Under the pieces are notes generated by a model. It saw only the letters and a list, made by a program, of their open reading frames with translations. It searched no databases and was not told the DNA's origin. The position numbers were made by a program, and so were the translations under genes. 64,000 nucleotides of DNA from Methanomassiliicoccales archaeon (GTDB taxonomy: Archaea; Thermoplasmatota; Thermoplasmata; SG8-5): positions 1,233 to 65,232 of the forward strand of contig JAUWNU010000001.1 of the NCBI GenBank assembly GCA_030612505.1. The letters run 5' to 3'. Numbering within the stretch: the stretch's first letter is position 1; every line of letters starts with the position of its first letter. Positions 58,997 through 64,000 of this stretch are shown here, one piece after another.

Positions 58997-59932
58997 TTAA
59001 TATTTCTGGCAAGTTATCTTGTCTATTAGAAATGGAACTGTTAATACCACGATTTCACTGTGCGCGATGTTGTTGGTTTCATCTGCCTCATAAAATATCT
59101 CATCTGGGTCAACCACTGCAAAGATTATATGTTCTCCTTCAAAACCAGTGCTGTTCCAGTTCAAAGAGGCGGCCATTGGTTGAGAAAGTCCGTGGAATGA
59201 AGACATACAAGTTCCGATATGATTGGCTTCGCCTACGAGATTCAAATAGAAAGAAACATTGACATCAGGAGTACCCCGATTGGCGGTTATCACAGCAGTG
59301 ACAGTAACTATTTCACCTTCTTCTGGTCTGATATTTGAAAAACTGACACCTCTTACAGACAGGTCTTGTTCAATTCCAATATTATCTAACTCTTCTTCCG
59401 ATGGCTGGGCATCTTCTGGATATTCATCAATAGGCATGGAGAATTCTGATAAAGAATCTGGAGAACCCTCGGTAGACAAAATGCTATTCGATGCTGCTAT
59501 TTTAGACTCCTGGCTGTTGAAATATAAATCCAATTTCTTCCCGAATCCTATGTGTTCAACAACAAACGTTTCATAAATTGTGCTGCCGTCACTAACCGCG
59601 GTAATCTGGATAGTGTCACCGAGTTCATAACCGCTAGGCAATTCTTCCAATATACATTCATACGCACACGTTTCATAGACCTCTGCTTCAAGCGTCTCAG
59701 CGGTTCTCAGATTTTCAATAGTAATGTCCACGTTGCATATCAAATAGCCATCTCCATCATGGATAAAACCATAAACATCAAAAGGTGGTATCGGAGCACC
59801 ATTGTTTCCAGTCATTCCTTGTGCCTGAGCTGTCGAGAACGCACTGAATATGAACAGTGCCACAATCATACTCGCAAAAATCTTTGTCTTATTACCCACT
59901 TCCACACCGTTTCTCTCTATTTCTGTTGTCAT
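58997..59932 (-). CDS. Secreted CarboxypepD_reg-like plus CARDB protein (311 aa), a paralog of the giant protein's N-terminal 300 residues
   Basis: About 85 percent identical to residues 1-300 of the 40991-50917 protein, including the CARDB motif FAVVDPDEIFYEADETNNIAHSEIVV. Ends 39 bp from the convergent neighbour. Confidence 0.8.
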   Translation of the reverse strand: MTTEIERNGVEVGNKTKIFASMIVALFIFSAFSTAQAQGMTGNNGAPIPPFDVYGFIHDGDGYLICNVDITIENLRTAETLEAEVYETCAYECILEELPSGYELGDTIQITAVSDGSTIYETFVVEHIGFGKKLDLYFNSQESKIAASNSILSTEGSPDSLSEFSMPIDEYPEDAQPSEEELDNIGIEQDLSVRGVSFSNIRPEEGEIVTVTAVITANRGTPDVNVSFYLNLVGEANHIGTCMSSFHGLSQPMAASLNWNSTGFEGEHIIFAVVDPDEIFYEADETNNIAHSEIVVLTVPFLIDKITCQKY

Positions 59933-60098
59933 TTGAAATCCTCCTAACCTTATGGTGACTAAAAATCCGTCCCCCGACCTGACTGAGATATTGTCATAAG
60001 TTTAAAAAACTATCTTATAGAAAAACAACATGTTAAAAAATATTATGCTTGAAAGATAGAAAACATAATTATAGAAGTTACGAGTTATATTCGTTAAC

Positions 60099-63000
60099 AT
60101 GTATGGGAAAGGAAGAGTGCCGGCTATTCTATCGCTTATTCTTGTTATCATCCTTACTTTACCTGTTCTGAATCTTTCGGCTAGTGATTCAGAACCAAAT
60201 CCAATTCCAACGGCAGAACTAGTAAATAACGAATCTTTAGGTTTTCCTTCAGGTTGGACTGACGACATTCAAATGACACTCTTACCTGGATTGGGAACCC
60301 ATGTATGGCCTGTTATTGCAACAAATGGAGATACAATCCATCTCGTATGGGAAAATAGGACTAGTACTCATAGTATAGGATATAGACGTAGTGAAGATGC
60401 AGGAAGGACTTGGACAGAATCTAAAATAATAACTTCTGGAGAAGTAGGTAATCCAAGAATAGCTATTAATGGCTCTAATATCCATCTTGTGTATATGCAA
60501 GACACCGGCATCACATCTGAAATCATGTATCAGAATAGCACTGATAATGGTGAGACATGGAGTTTACCTGTGATGTTGTCCCTCGATGACGGAGTCTGGT
60601 GTGCGATACCAGACATTGCTGTTGATGGCGATAACATCCATGTTGTTTGGGAGGATGAAGATGCAAGTGGACCCGGAAGTTATGAGATTATATATCGCAA
60701 CAGCACGAACGGAGGAATATCATGGAACCCGACAATCCAACTCACAAATTATCCTGGGGGGTCTGATGCATCCGCAAAAATCGCCGTTAATGGGTCTTTA
60801 GTTCATGTGGTCTGGGGAAGGTTCGTTACTGCTTCAGGCAGTTTTGAAACGATGTATCGCCGCAGCCTAGACGGAGGTTCAACCTGGGAGGCTGAAATGC
60901 AGATAACAAAACCAGGCTCAGGACATTCCTATGCTCCTGATCTCGCCGTGAACGGCTCCAGCATTTATGCAATCTGGATGGACAGCAGGAATGGAGCATG
61001 GGAGACTTATATCAACATTAGTTACGATGATGGTGTTTCATGGAATGGTGGTATTGCTTTGAGCGACATAGACGGAGAGTTTTCGTGGGTTCCAATAGTA
61101 GATGTCTGGAATCAAACAGTTTATGTCATGTGGACAGATCGAAGGGATGACTACCCTTATACCGATGCACAAGAAATCTACATGAACTACAGTTTTGACA
61201 GCGGCGTTACCTGGCAGGATGAAAATAAAAGATTGACATTAGCTCTAAACAATTCTGCTGTAAACGACATTGTGGTTACCGAAGACTATATACATGTAGT
61301 TTCTGTCGATAATAAAACAGGAAAACGGGAAATTTATTACAAACGGTATCCCGATTTCCCAGCAGACACCACACCTCCGACAATCATTCACACACCCATA
61401 ACTGGCACACCTATAGGCCAATCAATTAACATATCATGTCAGGTTTCCGATAATGTAGCGCTTTCTGAAGTATGGCTGAATTATACTGGTGTGAACGGAA
61501 CGAATTACAATGTATCAATGACTGGCTGGAACCTGAAAAAAGTCATGGTATCTGGGCTGGGGCAAACACTCTATGCCCAGGATGGTAATTATTCGCTTGA
61601 GATTCCCGCCCAAAATGGTGTGGGTGTGCTTAGTTATTTTATCTGGACAAATGACACAAGCGATAATGATAACTGGACTGTGACATATCAGGTTCAAATA
61701 TTTGACATAACCAAACCAACAATCAATCATGTTCCTGTAGCTTCTTCAAAAATAAACGAACCAATTGATATTGTTGTAAATGTGACCGATAACGGCGAGG
61801 TTGCAAATGTAACTCTATACTACGAAAATGTGGGTGATATAACTTACACAGCAGTTGATATGACTCTGATTTCTGGTGACTGGACTGCAACAATCCCTGC
61901 ACAAACTGTGACAGGCTTAGCCCATTATTTCATATGGGCGAATGACACATCTGGAAATAATATTACATCGCCAGTAATGGGAGATTATGCGATACAGATA
62001 ACGGGGCCTCCGAGCATTGATATTACTAATCTAATTGGAGACGAGGATTGGACTGGCGGTAGCAATCATCAGATTGAGTTTAGTGCAACAGATACGGAAG
62101 ATTCGCCTGCTGTTTTAGATGTGTTTTTGAACTATACTTCGAGTGCTGGCAACGGTGTTATCGCATCGATAAAAGGTAATGATTCACCTTATGATTGGAC
62201 GTTGCCAACTATTAACGCAACTGATGTTATAGTCAATGCTACTGTTATTGATTTGGATGGGAATAAATCATACGACGATTCACTGGAATTTATGATTGAT
62301 TCTTCACCGCCAAAAGTAATCTCCACCAATCCTGTTAACAACACAACAGGCAATTCTATCTTCCAGCCTATTGTTATTCAGTTCAATGAACCTATGAATA
62401 TTTCTTCGGTTACTGTCAATCAGACAAATGGTACTGACCCAGGGGGTTGGAATTGGTACTGGAATGAGGATAAAGATGTGATTACAGGCATTCACAATCC
62501 TTGGGAAAGGGGAAGATACATTGAAATGACCGCCCAGCCAAATTATTCTGATAATTCCAATCCTGGAAATTCTAACAACACAACCTATGTTTTCTCATTC
62601 ACAACCGAAACCAATCCTTCGCCTGAGATAATCCATACGAACATTTCAAGCCCGCAGGAATTGGGTGATGAAATGAGAATCAATACGACAATCACAGACG
62701 ATGGAGAAGTGATGAATGCTGTTCTTTGGTGGCAGGGTGTTGATGATGTCTGGCATGAGAATTTTATGGACAAAAATGGTGATGATTGGGAATATTTCAT
62801 ACCTGGCCAGGTGACAGAAGGAAAAGTAAAGTATCAGATAAATGCGACAGATGATTTACAACAGAAGAATACGACAATAATTTATGAGTTTGATATTGAG
62901 GATACGACACCGCCAGTTATTGTTCACACACCTGTTGAGAGTGCTGTTGTTGGTGAGGCGATAAACATAACTTGCCAGATTACTGATTTGGGTGGTGTGG

Positions 63001-63623
63001 ATGTTGTAAATCTATATTACAAAAATGAGAGTGCTTCAAATTTCACACAGGTAACTATGAATCAGGGTTATTGGTTTGAATTATCTGCTCAGACCGTGCC
63101 GAATACAATCGAGTATTACATACACGCTTTCGACATCTATGGCAATGATGTTGCAACACAAACTTACACTTTGGAAATAATTGATACATTTGTTCCAGAT
63201 ACCACACCGCCAAAGGTTTTGTTTGTTTCACCAACTGGCAATAATGTACCAATTTCTACGAGCATTTCAATCGTGTTTAACGAAGCTATGAATCAAACTT
63301 CTGTGGAAAATGCAATATCAGTTTCACCAACAATAACCGGTATCGGTTACACATGGCTGAATAATCAAACATTAACTATTGAAATATCAGGCAATCTAAG
63401 TTACAATACTACTTATACAGTTTCGATTGGCACAGGAGCAAAAGACCTATGTAGAAATACTTTGGAGAACGATTATTCATGGCAATTCACGACAGCAGAG
63501 GAACCTGAAATAGTACAAACGCCAGCGTCTAATGATTGGGGATGGATTGGAATTATTATCTTTCTGATTACGATAATAGTATTGTTAGTCCTGTCCCCAC
63601 AAATGCAAGATAAACCGAAATAG
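60099..63623 (+). CDS. Surface protein paralog 3 (1174 aa), same architecture as 51063-54605
   Basis: Asp-boxes SEDAGRTWTE, STDNGETWS, STNGGISWNP, SLDGGSTWEA, SYDDGVSWNG and SFDSGVTWQD. Big_5 segment. C-terminal GWIGIIIFLITIIVLLVL anchor. Confidence 0.85.
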   Translation: MYGKGRVPAILSLILVIILTLPVLNLSASDSEPNPIPTAELVNNESLGFPSGWTDDIQMTLLPGLGTHVWPVIATNGDTIHLVWENRTSTHSIGYRRSEDAGRTWTESKIITSGEVGNPRIAINGSNIHLVYMQDTGITSEIMYQNSTDNGETWSLPVMLSLDDGVWCAIPDIAVDGDNIHVVWEDEDASGPGSYEIIYRNSTNGGISWNPTIQLTNYPGGSDASAKIAVNGSLVHVVWGRFVTASGSFETMYRRSLDGGSTWEAEMQITKPGSGHSYAPDLAVNGSSIYAIWMDSRNGAWETYINISYDDGVSWNGGIALSDIDGEFSWVPIVDVWNQTVYVMWTDRRDDYPYTDAQEIYMNYSFDSGVTWQDENKRLTLALNNSAVNDIVVTEDYIHVVSVDNKTGKREIYYKRYPDFPADTTPPTIIHTPITGTPIGQSINISCQVSDNVALSEVWLNYTGVNGTNYNVSMTGWNLKKVMVSGLGQTLYAQDGNYSLEIPAQNGVGVLSYFIWTNDTSDNDNWTVTYQVQIFDITKPTINHVPVASSKINEPIDIVVNVTDNGEVANVTLYYENVGDITYTAVDMTLISGDWTATIPAQTVTGLAHYFIWANDTSGNNITSPVMGDYAIQITGPPSIDITNLIGDEDWTGGSNHQIEFSATDTEDSPAVLDVFLNYTSSAGNGVIASIKGNDSPYDWTLPTINATDVIVNATVIDLDGNKSYDDSLEFMIDSSPPKVISTNPVNNTTGNSIFQPIVIQFNEPMNISSVTVNQTNGTDPGGWNWYWNEDKDVITGIHNPWERGRYIEMTAQPNYSDNSNPGNSNNTTYVFSFTTETNPSPEIIHTNISSPQELGDEMRINTTITDDGEVMNAVLWWQGVDDVWHENFMDKNGDDWEYFIPGQVTEGKVKYQINATDDLQQKNTTIIYEFDIEDTTPPVIVHTPVESAVVGEAINITCQITDLGGVDVVNLYYKNESASNFTQVTMNQGYWFELSAQTVPNTIEYYIHAFDIYGNDVATQTYTLEIIDTFVPDTTPPKVLFVSPTGNNVPISTSISIVFNEAMNQTSVENAISVSPTITGIGYTWLNNQTLTIEISGNLSYNTTYTVSIGTGAKDLCRNTLENDYSWQFTTAEEPEIVQTPASNDWGWIGIIIFLITIIVLLVLSPQMQDKPK

Positions 63624-63750
63624 GTTCATGCGCCCCGACCAGGGTTTTGTCGAAGAAGCTTGCTTCGAGATGTAGATCAATCATTGGATGGGTTTGAAAG
63701 AATGAGGGGGCTGATTGGTGCAAGAAACCGGATGCAGGCAGGCCGTCCTG

Positions 63751-63895
63751 GACCCTGAACCCTAGACCCTCTCTAACGATAACCAAACACAGACCCTCAA
63801 TAACAATAACCAAACACAGACCCTTACTAACGATAATTAAACGCAGCCCCTTACTAACAACAATTAATCATAGCCCCTATATTAGAGCATAAAAT
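63751..63895 (-). repeat. Tandem array of about 4-5 copies of the 27-bp repeat family in reverse orientation (CTCTAACGATAACCAAACACAGACCCT units)
   Basis: The reverse complement matches the 28962-29115 consensus AGGGTCTGTGTTTGGTTATCGTTAGAG. Confidence 0.75.
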
Positions 63896-63907
63896 AATTG
63901 TAAAAGT

Positions 63908-64000
63908 TATTTCTTGGCTGGCGGCTTCTTCTTGGTGGACTTCTTAGCCTGTGTCTTGGACTCTGTCAGGCCTGCCTTGTATTTTTCATACTTTTCCCTT
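63908..64000 (-). CDS. 3' end (Lys-rich C-terminal tail ...TESKTQAKKSTKKKPPAKK) of a minus-strand gene that continues beyond the window
   Basis: Open reading frame running to the window edge with a TAA stop (TTA at 63908-63910 on the plus strand). Function cannot be assigned from 30 residues. Confidence 0.3.

Noticed and set aside
1-64000. tRNA or rRNA genes and transposases or integrases
   Set aside because: No cloverleaf-compatible sequence with T-loop GTTC(A/G)A(A/T)TC and 3' acceptor pairing was found in the intergenic regions, and no ORF shows DDE or tyrosine-recombinase motifs.

Overview
This is a low-GC archaeal chromosome segment. The archaeal assignment rests on aIF-1A, RIO1 kinase, archaeal-type SAM synthetase, CDP-archaeol synthase and C-terminal TM-anchored surface proteins, and Shine-Dalgarno GGAGG sites are frequent. 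The window is dominated by very large secreted or surface-anchored proteins: an FG-GAP integrin-like protein of 1993 aa, a Big_5 repeat protein with a C-terminal caspase-like domain (1902 aa), a 3308-aa protein with an embedded S8 subtilase flanked by beta-helix and beta-propeller repeats, and three approx. 1180-aa paralogous Asp-box (BNR) propeller proteins. The last 23 kb is a three-fold tandem array of a divergently transcribed two-gene unit (a CarboxypepD_reg/CARDB-module gene on the minus strand and a BNR propeller protein on the plus strand). Between the surface-protein genes lie two HEPN/MNT toxin-antitoxin pairs, one of them flanked by approx. 70-bp direct repeats, and a DUF5678-like plus retropepsin-like aspartic protease pair. 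A housekeeping block follows (aIF1A-RIO1-KH operon, SAM synthetase, PyrE, CarS, KaiC-like ATPase). There is also a TrkA/cation-proton antiporter pair, a cluster of paralogous proline-rich zinc-ribbon membrane proteins, and a complete GDP-D-glycero-D-manno-heptose biosynthesis cluster (gmhA, hddA, gmhB, hddC plus an SDR epimerase) with a chimeric gmhB remnant beside it. Non-coding signals include 27-bp tandem repeat arrays recurring at three intergenic loci, a approx. 70-nt GC-rich hairpin element present in three copies, and a GC-rich hairpin-dense 780-bp intergenic region that is probably a structured RNA. No CRISPR array, tRNA, rRNA, integrase or transposase was recognised.
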